Shown one piece after another: positions 1 through 13,516 of a DNA stretch of 64,000 nucleotides. The DNA is from Mizuhopecten yessoensis. Taxonomy: Eukaryota. The position numbers and the translations under genes are program-made. The DNA lies in contig NW_018407478.1 in assembly GCF_002113885.1 (NCBI RefSeq), positions 2,877 through 66,876 on the forward strand, written 5' to 3'. Below the pieces are notes generated by a model that was given only the letters and a program-made list of their open reading frames with translations, searched no databases and was not told the DNA's origin. Position 1 is the stretch's first letter. Each line of letters opens with the position of its first letter.

Positions 1-1343
1 GCATGTGTACTATAAAATAGACAAGTGTGCCCTCAACCCCTTTAGTGGGTTGTCTTACCTGTCTTCCAAGAACGAGACATGGAAGAGACAGAAAATGATA
101 AATGTTGCCCCTTGCAACACTTGGGATCTTTTTCGTTTCCTTTCTTTCCTGTCCTCTATCTTTTCTATCTGATTCCTGTTTCCGGCGGTGTCTCCCTAGA
201 CACCCGTCTTAATAAACCCTGTCTGTTGCGAGGACGTTAAACACACAAACAAACAAAAGAAACTTTCAATTTCTGCTCAATATAATACAAAACAGGTACA
301 ACGAGAGTACATATGGTATCGTATCGTTCTTCTGCATTTCTTAAGGAAGTCAATATCGTTGCTTTTCTTCATTACTCTTAAACAAAAACCTGTAGTTATC
401 TATCAGTAATTTGTTTCCCTTCCTTGTATACTGTTATTATACTGCTATATTTGATTTGGTCAGGATTATTAGTTTTTGTGTTCGATAATGCTATTTAAGA
501 TATCTCCAGTGATTTGCATTATTTTCATATTTCCTTTGATGTTCTAATTACACCACTTAATCAACAGCCTCAAATCTGAAGGCAGTTCCTTAACATTTCA
601 TATTTTTATAATTCCAATTAATAATTAGAAAAAAATAAAGTAGTATTAACAATAAATTGTTCTTAAATTTAGATTGTCTGTAGCTCCGGGTACTTATGCT
701 GTTTGCGATTTTGTCAGCTGCAGTATAATTGACCGGTGGCTATTTGGTCATTGTTCTTGTTAAGGAATGTTAAATATAAGCAGACAAAACAACTACCGCA
801 GTGTTAACCAATTGAATTCCTGAAATCGATAAAAAAAAACATGTACCCATTGGCACTGCAGAGACACCAAAATAGCAGTAAGATGGCTGACAACAAACCA
901 GCAGGTGCATTTCCTGAACATTGATTGCTATAGAGTTATCAAGTGTACTCTATACAAAAACAATTTTTATTTTAAGAATCGAAATTGTATCTTTAATGAT
1001 GGGGTTTCTTTGCTGAAAAGTGTATTCTTTATTTCAATACGAGCAAATGCTGCTCTTCGTCGCTATTTTCACACCATTATAACACGCGGCATAATGGGCT
1101 TAGAAGGCGTTAAACCTGGTACAATCATACCTTGAAGCTTTAACAGCCACACCTGATTATGTTGTCATTTGCAGTGATATAATATCTATTGTAGCAGTGC
1201 GGTTCTCTGCCGTTGCAGCACTATCAAATTTTAATATCTATCTTCTGAAAAATCACTATATATCTGTTACAAACTACTCCAACGTGTAGCTAAATAGCTT
1301 GTCTGATATAGTGCTTACTCGAGCTCGTTGGGTAGAGGACCAT

Positions 1344-1494
1344 TCGGAACAGCTCGCCCCGATTACAGTACCTTTTCACTCGGAACTTCTCGGCCGATAC
1401 GGTCATCTACGTTGGAAGGAACTGGAATCGGGGCGAGGTGTTCCGAATGAGTACCTTTTATGACTGAAGTAAGTCGGCCGAGGTGTTCCGACTG
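1344..1494. repeat. Foldback remnant with interleaved inverted repeats
   Basis: TTCGGAACAGCTCGCCCCGATT pairs with AATCGGGGCGAGGTGTTCCGAA; CGGAACTTCTCGGCCGA pairs with TCGGCCGAGGTGTTCCG. Confidence 0.5.
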
Positions 1495-1935
1495 GACAAG
1501 CTTGCGATGACATGTTCAGCACTGAGCAGACGGTCGTGAGTCAGCTTGTCTAATCTCGGTCCACCCAGGTGTACACGTCTGTGTATTTTCCGGAGCAACT
1601 ACATAGTACTATGCATTCAGGACTTTTATCTCCTGACATATTGACCCCTGTCCTCATCCATCAGCTGGCAGGTACACACAAGATTGGAACTGTGTTAAGT
1701 GCCCATACGAATTGTCCAATAGTGCTACTACATTTACAATATAGTATACTTTCAATGCAGGTGGTTTTATTTACAATTATTTATTGAAGAAACCACAATT
1801 AATAACATATTGAATCTTTATATTTTCTCTCTACTTACTGAAAATCTGTTAGTTTCCCAGTCTCAAATCTCTGTTTGAAACAGTAAACACTTTTACTCTT
1901 CAAAGTTGACCTTTGTCTTTATCCTTTTCGTTTGC

Positions 1936-2104
1936 CAGTGGCGGATCCAGAGGGGGTTTTTGGGCTTCAGGAAACCCCCCCACCCCGAGAATTTTCTTTA
2001 AAAATCATGTATTTTCACCATATCCCTCAATTTTTCCCCACATGGAACCCCCCCCCCCAGGAAATTTGGAAACCCCCCCAGATAGGTATCTGGATCCGCC
2101 ACTG
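1936..2104. mobile_element. MITE with CAGTGGCGGATCCAG TIRs
   Basis: Perfect TIRs CAGTGGCGGATCCAGA / TCTGGATCCGCCACTG; 5-bp TSD TTTGC on both sides; a related end (GGGTCCGCCACTG) lies at ~18878-18890. Confidence 0.75.
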
Positions 2105-2239
2105 TTTGCTTGATGTTATTTCATTTAACGTGTGTTATGTGCTATTTATTTGCCCTTATGAACTCTTTTTTGTTGACGGGTCGTTAAAAATCCAATAATG
2201 ATATTCAGTTTTCTAGCGCCTGGCTTGACAATACATCCC

Positions 2240-2607
2240 ATTCGGGCTTAGTGATGAACGTTCGCTCGAGTGGAGTAGTCGAAACATACCGAAGTCCTTA
2301 AAAATGGTAGTTACCATAACCAGCTTTATCATCAGCAGTTCAGCTTAGCACAACAACTGGTTTACCCGTTGTCAGTATAATGTGACTGGATGAAATACCG
2401 TGCTGGGTGCATTCGGCATAGGATTTCAGTGACGTAGCACTCTGGTGTCGTCATCAGATCCGTGCTATCGCATGGAGGCAAATGCATCAAAATAACCTGA
2501 CTCAAGCACACATACACAAAAGCATGAATACATTACTCACAGGGTGGCACGTCCTTAAATACTTTGTTATTAAAACGACGTTTAACACAATAGCACCAAA
2601 CCAAATC
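2240..2607 (+). mobile_element. Degenerate Meta-type SINE
   Basis: GTCAGTATAATGTGACTGG...TTCAGTGACGTAGCACT resembles the Meta domain; GACGTTTAAC...(CCAAA)n tail. Confidence 0.45.
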
Positions 2608-4485
2608 TAACTATTTACCTGCAGCATGTATTCAGGCCCCGCACACTAATTAAAACACGCAGAAATGTTCATAGAATTAATCGCTAAACTAATTCCCTTC
2701 ATATTTCAAGATTTTAATTGTAATCGGTATTGAGTTTGTTTATCGAGTTGGGCAATTATTATCGGCATCATACACATTGAGTTTTAATATAGTTGTACTG
2801 TGTATGTTTGATTACATAGTTTTAGGTACACTTTGAGCTGATCCTTTCCCCAATCGTCTCTCTATTAAAAGAAGGTTTTGTTTGTTTGTTTGTTTGTTTG
2901 GTAATTAACGTCATATGAAGACAAGTACCTGAGTAGTCACCGCCGAAAAGAAAGAGTAAAACAGCGAGAAAGAAGAAAGATGTAAAATGAAGGAATGTTT
3001 TGCACAAATTCGAATCGTTTTGTCATGTCTTAATTACGCACTTCTTAAACTAGTTTACAGCACTAATGGCAGAATGTAGAAGAACATCAAACACCGAATG
3101 TTTGTTTGGTAATATAATTTAAGGTGTGACTACGTATACTGTTCTGAAACCAAACATTAACCGCCAAACTTCCCGGTCACCACGCGCCCTACCCGGCAAC
3201 GGAGAATTGTTGCATGAATATAATGGGGATAATAACAATTAGTGTAAAGTGTATAGTACGCATGCGAGTGTTATGATGAGAGATCAAACAGGACAACATC
3301 TAATAATGTTATGTATGTTAACAAAGCAAGTAACAACTGGTGTTTTACATTAATTTTGTTCGAATATTTATCTTAAGAGTGTCATACAAAATAGTTATAT
3401 AGAATGTATCAGCCATTACTTGTGAAAATGACATCTGTCGCGAGAGAAACCGCATTATGTAATAATTTTATTTGGCATATTTACCGCCATATCCCTTTGT
3501 GCCACTAGAGATGTATTGCCACTTAACTGAAAAATATGTTTGCTCAATATTTTATATTTTATTATAATCGGATTATACATGTAGTACAAAGCACTCGTAA
3601 AACCTTGAACAAATTGTTAAGGTACAGTCAATACTCATGTTAAAATTCAACCTTGATCACTGAAGTGTGTGTAGTGTCAATGGGACTTCAAATACACATA
3701 CATCATACACAAGAAGGGCAGACGTCTAGACACGAAAGAGCTGATTGGACAGATTAATGGATTCATGACTCATAGTATGTACAATGAAGTAAATTAAATT
3801 CTCTACCTCAACAAATTTATGACCTTTTGTATTAATGTGTTTTTTTTTTATATCGGATACGTACCCGTGAATTCCCAATACTCAACAAGAAAATAAAACA
3901 AATGGCAGATTGCGAAATACTTGCCCAGTTAAATCCTACGGCTTTGAATTTGATAGGTCTACATCCCTAATTTGAAATCCTTCATACGTCATAGGGCGTG
4001 GAGAAATTTTCAGGTTTGTTATAACAGTTTCTTAACTTAAATACTTTTGAGTTTTATTATTTAAAGAATATAGCATGACCCTCAAGTTCGACAGTAAACT
4101 GTAGCAGGTGAAACAAATTCGGACCGGGACTCGAACCCGGAGCTACCATAAAAATATGGTTAGTCTTCCTTGAGAAATTTGACTTTTAAATTCTCTAAGT
4201 ACGTAAACTCAATTAAAGATTATTTTCATATCATTAAAGTAGACCTAGTTCTAACCCTTCAGAAATTGAGAACAGTTGACGGCTTAAATTAAGTAAAAAC
4301 GACTAGCAGCCGGAATGACGGAAGGCTAATCTAGACTGTACAATAAATGTTCTTTGCAGAGTATCACAACAGCAAGAAAGCGTCACCTGTGCGATATCGG
4401 GAGAACAATTGTCGGAGATATAGAGTTCAATGCAGCAAATAATATAATTCTTTAGGTTAAGGTTCCGGAATTCAGGAAATGAAAC

Positions 4486-4728
4486 TCCGAAATAAATAAC
4501 GAAATAACGCCAAAAGGAGGGAGAAAAGACGCCATTTTATCTCTTCGCTTTGGCGTTATTTTCACTTCGGTTTGGCGTTATTTCGTTATTTCGCTTTGGC
4601 GCTTTGGCGTTATTTCGTCTTTTCGCTTTGGCGCTTTGGCGTTATTTCGTTATTTCGTTATTTCGCTTGGCGCTATTTCGCGGGCGACAAAGCGAAAAGA
4701 CGAAATGTCATATATCAGCCACCATAGT
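4486..4728. repeat. Short-unit (TTATTTCG/CTTTGGCG) foldback-like repeat
   Basis: Direct and inverted 8-bp units. Confidence 0.55.
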
Positions 4729-6210
4729 TAACGCAAAAATATGGATAGGAAAAGTCACAGGTATAATGAAACTTTTCAATGTAATTTTGATGAGATATGA
4801 ATTATATAAAATAGCATAATCATTTTTACTTTATCCTGATCAGAGACACACCAAACCAAACGTGCATGCACCTCGGTCGGTGACCCAAACTCTGTTGACG
4901 TGTGTGAAAAATCTTGTTTAAGTGTAAGAAACTGTTTTGGGTTTTGCGTCCTCGCAACTGCTAATGTAGTATAATATATTTGAACAAACGGTGAGCACAT
5001 CGTCTATATACTGTTACATTGTATCTACGAGTACACGTGTACGTACATGGTTTAATGTCCTAACAACAGCTCGAGTCATTTTTGAACGTGCATCCATGTG
5101 TGCTATGTATGTACATGTATGCATGTGTGTACGTGCGCTTGAGGCAGGGTATGTTAGTGTATTAACCTCCTTGTGATAACGCGGATCTGATGCAAACTTG
5201 ACAATATTGTGAACAATCTCCTTTATCTAGTGAAATTTTCTAATTTTCTACTTCTGCATTGTAATTAAATCAGGAGACGTTTTTGAAGGCCACCGCATTA
5301 AATAATTCATCCAAGTCTTCCTTCACAATTCCATAAGTTCGCATAGAGGTGAGTATGTCTGAGGTTAGCTGTTATCTTTAAACAACCAATGTTGACTTTA
5401 TCTGGATTATTATATAAGTAATCAAAAGCTGGTTTTGATTAGACTGGCTATCTTTACCTATATCGAAATTAAGGAATTAAACATTTACCTAAAATAGTGA
5501 ACAATTATACAATGTTCACTCAGTGAACTTACCGAGACATTAGGGATTAATGATAGTTATATTGAATAAGCCGTAACGTTACGGTTTGGAAATGAGGTGA
5601 CCATTTCTGTCATTCCGTAGATAAATATCACCATGTGAAGCTGCACAAAATGAGATATGTAATCTCAAAGTTTTAGTAATTGTCGACACCCTTACTTTTT
5701 TCTTCATAAAATATATATAAGACACATTGCTACAACAACAGGTAGTTCATATCTTCAACCTCTGTATAATGAGTAAAATGAGTCTCATTTTTAAACAATG
5801 CAACCAGTCTCCCCTGAAAACCGTTCAGTTGGATAAAGCAAGTATATGCTAACACCTAGCCTGCATCGGTTACACAAGAATTGAATCTGAATATGAAACT
5901 ATAGGCAGTTTTCTAATATATCTTTAAGTACATGTTCTTTTAATAACGGATAAAAGTGTGTTGTATTTCATGTGATAATTTTCTGTTGAATTAAAAATAC
6001 AACTATACATTCTTTAATTTTTCAAAAAGTATCATATGAAAGAAAACCTGTAGTAGAACATTTGATGTTATCAATGACAATAAGGACAATGTTAAATCAA
6101 TATCCATGATCAATGAGCTCGCCGACGGCCGCCATGCTCATCACATGTACAAACAGGAACACAAAAATCAAGGTTTTCTTTGTTAACATTTACTACGAAT
6201 AAGGCTTTTT

Positions 6211-6320
6211 GATTGGTCAACACTCAACCACATGACGTAATATCAACTTAACCTTTTATGACACAACTTGGCACGATAAGCGATTTGCATGCTGTTTGAT
6301 AAAGGAGCTCTCAATATAAG
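6211..6320 (+). promoter_or_regulatory. Putative core promoter of FABP gene 1
   Basis: Inverted CCAAT (GATTGG, 6211), CRE-like TGACGTAA (6233), GATA site (~6276) and TATA-like TATAAG (6315), about 70 bp upstream of the ATG. Confidence 0.4.
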
Positions 6321-6383
6321 GAGGACACGAAGTTTACCTGACTTTATAGTACTGCTGTACAGAAGGTTAGCAGACGGGCAACA

Positions 6384-9158
6384 ATGGCGGTTCTCAATGG
6401 AAAATGGAAACTTGCAAGCGTCGACAATTTTGCTCCCTATCTTGATGCCATAGGTCTGTATTGATCTCTTATTCAGGGAATCTGAGGAAAATAATATTTG
6501 TTATGCTACTGGTTGATCATGAGAGCCCCATTTAGGCCCTGAGGATCAGATTTCAGTATATCACTGGAGTGTTCAAAATGTATAATATCTCCAAAACAAA
6601 ACTTGGGATTTGTTAACCAGGAAAGGCATCTCACAGAAATATTACAATTATGTGGACAGGAAAAACGATTTCTCCTATGTAAAATGGTAATTTATAATGT
6701 TTAACCTTCAAATATTTGTCAAGTTCTTGTTGTTATTTATATATGCTAAATTAATTCTGTTAATGTTTGCTCTATCAATCACCAACAAGATTATTTTGAA
6801 ATTGAATATTGCGTTTTTATATTTTCATATAAAAACGAAACGGTCGAATTCAATGTATAGACATTTGAGACAATGTACACACAGTGGTACAGTTTCCCTC
6901 GAAAGCATAAATTCATTAATTATTCATGTGTGTGATATTATAACAGAAATAAAAGCAATTATATCTAACAGCAATACAACTGTATCGACCTTTCGTATGA
7001 GATTTATGAAAACGAGACTTACATTTTTTTAAAGCGAGCTTTATGTGTGGCTTGTCGAGTTTCAATAATCTCATATGAAACAAAAGCAAATGCGATTATA
7101 TGCGTCCGAACAACATTTCTCCGGCTCACTTCATATCTAGAACATTGACTTTTTGCATCAAAGGCTTTCCTTTTTGTGACGTCACAATGAACATTTTTTG
7201 TCAGTTATACCATGTAGTCATGACGTTTCAAATGAACAATTGGAACCTTCCAGCCAGACTAGGTGTTTTCAAATGCGTGTTCTAAGCATGATTTTAAAAG
7301 AGAAATGGATGCTGTGACGCTGGAATGATGAATACGTACTTTTGTATACAATGATAACATGACAGATTTCTTACGTTTACAACAAAAATATTTTTATATG
7401 ATTGTACATCATCAAGGTGCATCAGGAGAAGATAAACAGAGGGGATTACAAGGATTATCTGCTGACCACAACATAGTACAGGAAATCACAATTGACGGCA
7501 CTTCTGTCACCATCAAAACCACAACGCCACTCGGAAGTACCGAGAGCAAGGCAACCATTGGGCAGGAGGCGGACCAGAAATCAATGGACGGACGGGATTT
7601 AAAGGTACGATCATATTACATCTTGGTACATTGTCATAATGGTGTAATTGACTGTACTGGTGTTCTACCCTTTACAGTTATATGCGAGTTATCAATAGTG
7701 TTGATGAGTTAATTTAAATCAATGAGCTTGCAATTTTGGAATTAGTATGGTTTATTATAGATTTAAATTCTGAAGTCGTCTTAAATGTTACTGTTTGCTC
7801 TCCGGGTTTGACGTGAAATATATTGGGCCTGTTATGATGATTACCGTCACCACATGTGGGGAGTTGACTTGAAACATGACAGTGCAACATGCAATGATGT
7901 AACAGAAGACATTAAAACGAACACCACATGTGGTTATTTGACGGGGGTCATAACAGGTGTCGCATGTGGTGATGAGACGGGGGATATTATGACAGGTGTG
8001 ACATGCGGTTTGGGGATAATATATGTGGTGTTCATTTTTGACTGAAATAATAAATATGGGCCCATTATGTGTTGTTTTTACAGTTGACATAAAACAAATA
8101 TGGTGAAGAAAAGTCTTGTCCTTACCGAGCAGTTAGTTGTATTCCACTTTTTATGGTTCAAGATGTCTCTCCTGATGTTTTGGCCTCTTTTCCATCCCAC
8201 AAGTTGGCTCCTTGTATCGACTTTTAGTGTGAATATTGTCGCTGGTTCTTGATGTCATACATTTTAATTGCGTAACATTTGTAATTTAAATCTTATACAT
8301 AATATCATGTATTGGTATCGGCTGAACACTACCCCTTTACGTTGAGTGAAGTAAGGCATCTGTATCCGACAGCATGATTATTGAATAAATGATGAACCCC
8401 TGGCAGAACCGGTGTTTTCTATCTGTAATATCATGTTGGGGACATTGAAGAGGAATCAACTGACCTTCTGCCTCAATTAAATATAAATACTGTACAATAA
8501 TTATCAAACAAGTTACGTCAGTTTATATGTATCACTCTTGTTGGCCCGATTGCAAATACGAAAATGGAAGGAAACCGGATTGCCTCTATTACAACAATTT
8601 GATTAGCTATTTTTTCTCTGATCTATTTTTTCTTTATGTAATGCATTAATGAGCCTAAAGTCACAATACTATCACCGGTTCGGGAGTGACGCTATTGCTA
8701 CGAAGTAAAGCAAAAATAGTCCGTTAATACTTCAAAGTGGCTCTTGATTTGCTCCACCGTCTGTGGATATTGTTACCTTGTGCGCTTTGCTGTCAGGAGT
8801 ACGTAAATCAGTCAGCTGTCAACAGCTAACTTGTATTACATAACGTGTTACTCGGTAGTGAAGACTCCATTACAACGTCGTCAGTTAAGTAGTTAATAGT
8901 ACATAGGTTGACGGATGTCGTGTGTCCTACATATAAAATACCTACCATTCAGTAGAGCTTGATTTACTATCCTCTACACTAGGTGTTTTGTGCTGACTCT
9001 GCATTCACCTGCTCTCCTTTGTGGCGCGTTTTATTTATTACACTGTTATCACAGTGTTTTACAGAGGTAAAACAAAACAAAGCAGCAATTCACTCTAGTT
9101 ATACCCGTGTTGGGATTCCTTATTTTCTAGCAATGCATGGATCATATACAATCCCCAN

Positions 9159-9202
<44 letters not shown>

Positions 9203-11723
9203 AGTCGTTCCATTTCGCTTGTGTTTCATTAGCCCTTGCTATTAAATGTTTGTTGCGATTTTGACTACGTTGGGTTTGTGTATTGTCTTTGCCTTATTTT
9301 AGATTATTTTGGTGTTAGTAATGCAGAAATGTCCTAACTATAGAATAATCAGATGATTCAGAACGATTTCTGAATATCTATATGTAACTGTAGCAATAGT
9401 ACGTGGCGGGTTTTAACAGGGTATTCTTGACCAATAGCACAAGATTGATACTCCAGATAAAGAAAACCAGCCTAATGTGGGGGTATAGTATGTCGCGATA
9501 TTGTGAGTAGTGACTATTTAACAGCAGTGTACCTGTCCTGTATCACTGGATTAGTTTAACGGCCAACACACCTAGCTGATAGTGTTATCAGTTGTACCTC
9601 CGCTTTATCATCGGTGATACGACGATAAATGCTGGTGTAGAAAATCTTGCTACCCCAGGTACAGCATTGACGTGGGAGTGTCGGATACATTCGCACTCCC
9701 CGTTGGCGTATTAATCATTATAAGGTGTATTGTATCAAATTATGGAGGCACTGTGTTGTATCCTTGAGCAAGATACTTTACGCCGCTTAAGTTCGTGGCT
9801 GGGCAGTGCTAGAACTGTTGAATGCTAGCTGTGAGCGCCGAAATGGCAGTACCGGCTGTATGCTGCCCATGGAGTTTAGAAATATATTGGCTGGTTGCAA
9901 AGGCTCTATAACCACGGATAATATTTTGTGACGCTTTGAGACGACCTAAGAACTACACTGTAGGTTGTGATAAAGCGGTATATAAGAACCTCGAATTATT
10001 ATTATTATTATTTTATTTTTACGCAATAAATATGATTAATTTGATATTTTACTTCTGGCGACCTTTCAAGATACGATGTTAAAGAAAAGTTGGCAACACA
10101 CATCGGGTTTCGGCCCTAATTGCATAAAATAACGTAGACAATATCAATCCCTGAGCATGATAAATTGAGACATTAATGATGCATTTTGATTGGTTTTTCG
10201 CCCCTGCTTCTCAGAAACAAGAGGTACTTACGTCGGTATATCCTTCTATTCATCAGCCGTTTGTCTGTATGACACTCCTGAAATGGTTCTTTTTAAATCA
10301 AAGTTGATTTGCGCTTGCATAAAGGCAAGTCCAATGGTTTAAATGATGCCTGCATATTTACACATGAATAAAGAGGCTGCTCAATTCTGATTTGTAAATC
10401 GGTTTCCTTTTCGTAACTCTCTTAAAAATAATTTTAATTACATACGCCATGCACAAACGCAATGCCAAATATTTACATCACCAAAGGGATCAGCACTTTT
10501 ACTTTTCACCTAAAGATCATGTGACCTTGACACACGGACCGATCGTGCGTATAATAAGCGTACCTGACATCAAAACATAGTTCTGCAATATCCGTTTGTC
10601 AAGAGGTTTTTTATGTGAATCTCATCTCTTCCATCAGACATCTTTTTAACATAGTTTATATTTGTGCATGCAGATTTCAAGTTTGTTTCATTTATTTTCT
10701 TTTGTCGTTTTTAGTTATATATCTAGATATCTGGTATGCTATGACTAAGCTATTGCTGGGCTGTTAAGCTATTAACCAGCAAACACATATCCGATTTTAA
10801 TGGGTGAACTGGGTTCCATGTTGTAACTGTATCTTAAAATTTCTTTGTGCTATGTGTTAATCCTTAATAATCAATCAGTATGTACAAACATGTTGTTAAG
10901 TCTTTGGCTACGTACGTCTTCATCAAACCTCGACAATAGTTCTGTTAGGTCAGTCATAACATAAACTTCAGCCATACAATGTCCTGCGAGCAGGGGGAAA
11001 CAAACACGAATTCGCCTACGAGTTCTACTTACCAATCACCATAGCGGTATGTTAGATTGCATTCAGTTTAGTCTTTGAACTTGATCCCTATGTAGGTTTC
11101 ATTACTGCTTGTGTGTATGAGCCGAGTTATGTTGTGTCCATGCAGAATAGGGTTTTTCCTGTCCTGCTTTTGGGACATAAGAGAAACCAACATTGACCTG
11201 CTGTCAAAGTTGCAACACATTTGATTTCTGTCTTTGTTTTCTTTCCCATTTACTACGTCACTTTGGAAGTGTCAAGGCATTATGACCATAGCAGTTGCGA
11301 TGACGTTAAGCTGTTGACTGTTATGTTTTTACGTTTCATAAAAGTTTATGCACATTTTAGGTCATCTGAGCTTTAGCTCAAGTGACCTATTGGTATCGGT
11401 CTTTGTCCGTCGTCGTCCGTCGTGCGTCGTTCGTTAACATTTTACATTTTCAACTTAAGCTGAAATACTGTCGAAGGGATTTCATTGATACTTCATTTGA
11501 ATGTTACTGACATCTCCCTGACCAAGTGTTGTTATTTTCGGGTCGATTAGAAATCCAATATGTCCGTCATGGCCGCCATTTTGAAAAACTTGTTCAAACT
11601 TAGAGTCCAATTCTACTGAGCCGATTTACCTGAAACTTAGTAGAAATTATCAACTCATTGTCCGGACAAAGTATTGTTACTTTTCGGGTCGATCAGAAAT
11701 CAAATATGCGCGCCGAGGCAGCC

Positions 11724-11773
<50 letters not shown>

Positions 11774-13363
11774 AACTTAATGTCATGTTTTACTGGGCCG
11801 CCACGGTCGCCATTTTGAAAACTTTCAAACTTTAAAATCACGTTCTGATAGGTTGATTCAACTGAAACTCGGACTAGGAATGATCAACTCATGATCCTGA
11901 CAGTTTTAACTTAACGTTATTCTTTAATTATTTTTTACTCAAATTGGTATCTCCACATCATACTTCAGCAAAACAAAAATAATTTCTGTAGGGCCGATTT
12001 TTTTTTGTTGGAATATGTAATATAACTGTAATAATGCTTTAAAATCAGAAAATGACTCATATTTTGAGTCAATGTCTTTATACAATACGTTTCATTAGTG
12101 TCGTGCAATATAGCAATTAACAATCTCAAGCTTAAAAGCTTTTTTCCTTTGATCATTGGCAGGTGACGTATACTATCGACGGGAACAGTCTGGTGGAGAG
12201 TCAGACCGGAGCTTACACGTCCACCAACACTAGATCAGTGTCCGGATCAGAGATGATCATGGTGTGTTAACGTCTTACAGATTAACAGAAACATTTGTCA
12301 CTCTATATACACTGGTTTCTTTGTAGATTTATGACACATATTAACGATTGCACCTATATGAAAATGAACTGCAGTCGTATAATAGTCAATATTCTGGCAA
12401 GTGAAATCACTATCACACAGAAACTGCTATACAAAATGTAAATCTTGTTGATATTATAAAAGTTACACAGAACTAAATTTTAATATTCAGGTTGATTATA
12501 GTTTTCATTTAAATACTGGTCAATGTATACCGTTAGTTTGTTTTGGAATTAATCAGGAGGAAAATTTGAAAGCAGTTCGACATGAACATAGATGAAACTT
12601 TTATATAAGCACTCACTTAAAATGTGCGTTTTCAGTTCTCTTTAAATAGGTAGAGAATGGGGATCGCATCCAGTTAATGTTCAGCCCTACTTATTTGTCT
12701 TAAGCGTTGCCCAAACGCACCGAACCAATAACATTCGTTCATAACAAAGACCGGTCACGAATCACCATATCAGACCTGAAATCGCCAATATTATAGTTTC
12801 TATATTAGGAACACACGAGAAAAACAAAGCATTCGTAGTATCCAATATATCTATTTTCGATAACTGCTTTAGGTTTCATCATTCTCAGTCAACGTTTTCG
12901 TTGCCATCTAGATTTTTGGAGCAATGTTCGATTTCTTTGTGCAAATGGACCTTTTGATCATTCACATAGGTGTGCCTTGTATATCATTAATCGGTCTCTA
13001 TCTTTACAAGCAGACGACGCTTACCCTCCAGTATTATCAATGTTCCACGTTTAAATAATTGTTTTTTTTATGATTCCGAAGTTTACATCACAATGTCTGT
13101 AGTTACCTTCATGACATGTGAGAAGCAAATGTCAAAAATTAGTATAGTTCTGTCAAATAGAACACGTTTGGATGTTGCTATATTACCAGATTAGTTCAGG
13201 TCGGTTGTATAGTTTCATTGTGTAGTTGTGTACAATAAGAAAGAATCTGTCAAACGGATACCAACGTGCCTTTAGTTCTGCAATAACATCAGTTTTATTT
13301 ATTGTCTTTCAGACGATGACGTCAGGAGGCGTGACAACTACCCGGAAGTACAACAAGCAGTGA
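6384..13363 (+). CDS. FABP: Fatty acid-binding protein (FABP/iLBP family), gene 1; 4 coding exons 6384-6453, 7417-7604, 12163-12261, 13313-13363; 135 aa
   Basis: Spliced ORF MAVLNGKWKLASVDNFAPYLDAIG/ASGEDKQRGLQGLSADHNIVQEITIDGTSVTIKTTTPLGSTESKATIGQEADQKSMDGRDLK/VTYTIDGNSLVESQTGAYTSTNTRSVSGSEMIM/TMTSGGVTTTRKYNKQ*. Has the GxW N-terminal motif and NF..YL.A.G, GT-AG introns in the conserved FABP phases (1,0,0), and C-terminal R-x-Y. AATAAA at 13703. Confidence 0.93.
9747..10012 (+). mobile_element. CORE-SINE (5'-truncated) with L2-like tail
   Basis: CORE motif TGTGTTGTATCCTTGAGCAAGATACTTTAC; 3' end AAAGCGGTATATAAG...(ATT)n. Confidence 0.6.
11355..11950 (+). mobile_element. Helentron-associated (HINE/Pearl-like) non-autonomous element
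   Basis: TTTTAGGTCATCTGAGC...GCTCAAGTGACCTA subterminal hairpin, (GTCC/GTC)n microsatellite, then ~146-bp internal tandem units (CGGGTCGAT.AGAAATC, GCCATTTTGAAAAC); interrupted by a poly(A). Confidence 0.65.
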
Positions 13364-13516
13364 TATACAAACTTTTCGTAGAGTTGAATTTTGTGACAAC
13401 TACCCGGAAGTACAACAAGCAGTGATAAACATACTTTACGTAGAGTTGAATTTTGTGACAACTACCCGGAAGTACAACAAGCAGCGATAAACGTACTTTA
13501 CGTAGAGTTGAATTTT
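13331..13516 (+). repeat. 62-bp tandem triplication spanning the FABP1 stop codon
   Basis: Units start at 13331, 13393 and 13455: GTGACAACTACCCGGAAGTACAACAAGCAGTGA...GTAGAGTTGAATTTT. Confidence 0.95.

Noticed and set aside
4105-4150. tRNA-like B-box (GGTTCGAGTCCC on -)
   Set aside because: No complete cloverleaf; probably a SINE head fragment
5281-5354. Possible upstream non-coding exon of FABP1 (GAG|GTGAGT at 5348)
   Set aside because: Only a donor consensus supports it; promoter-like motifs lie directly upstream of the ATG exon
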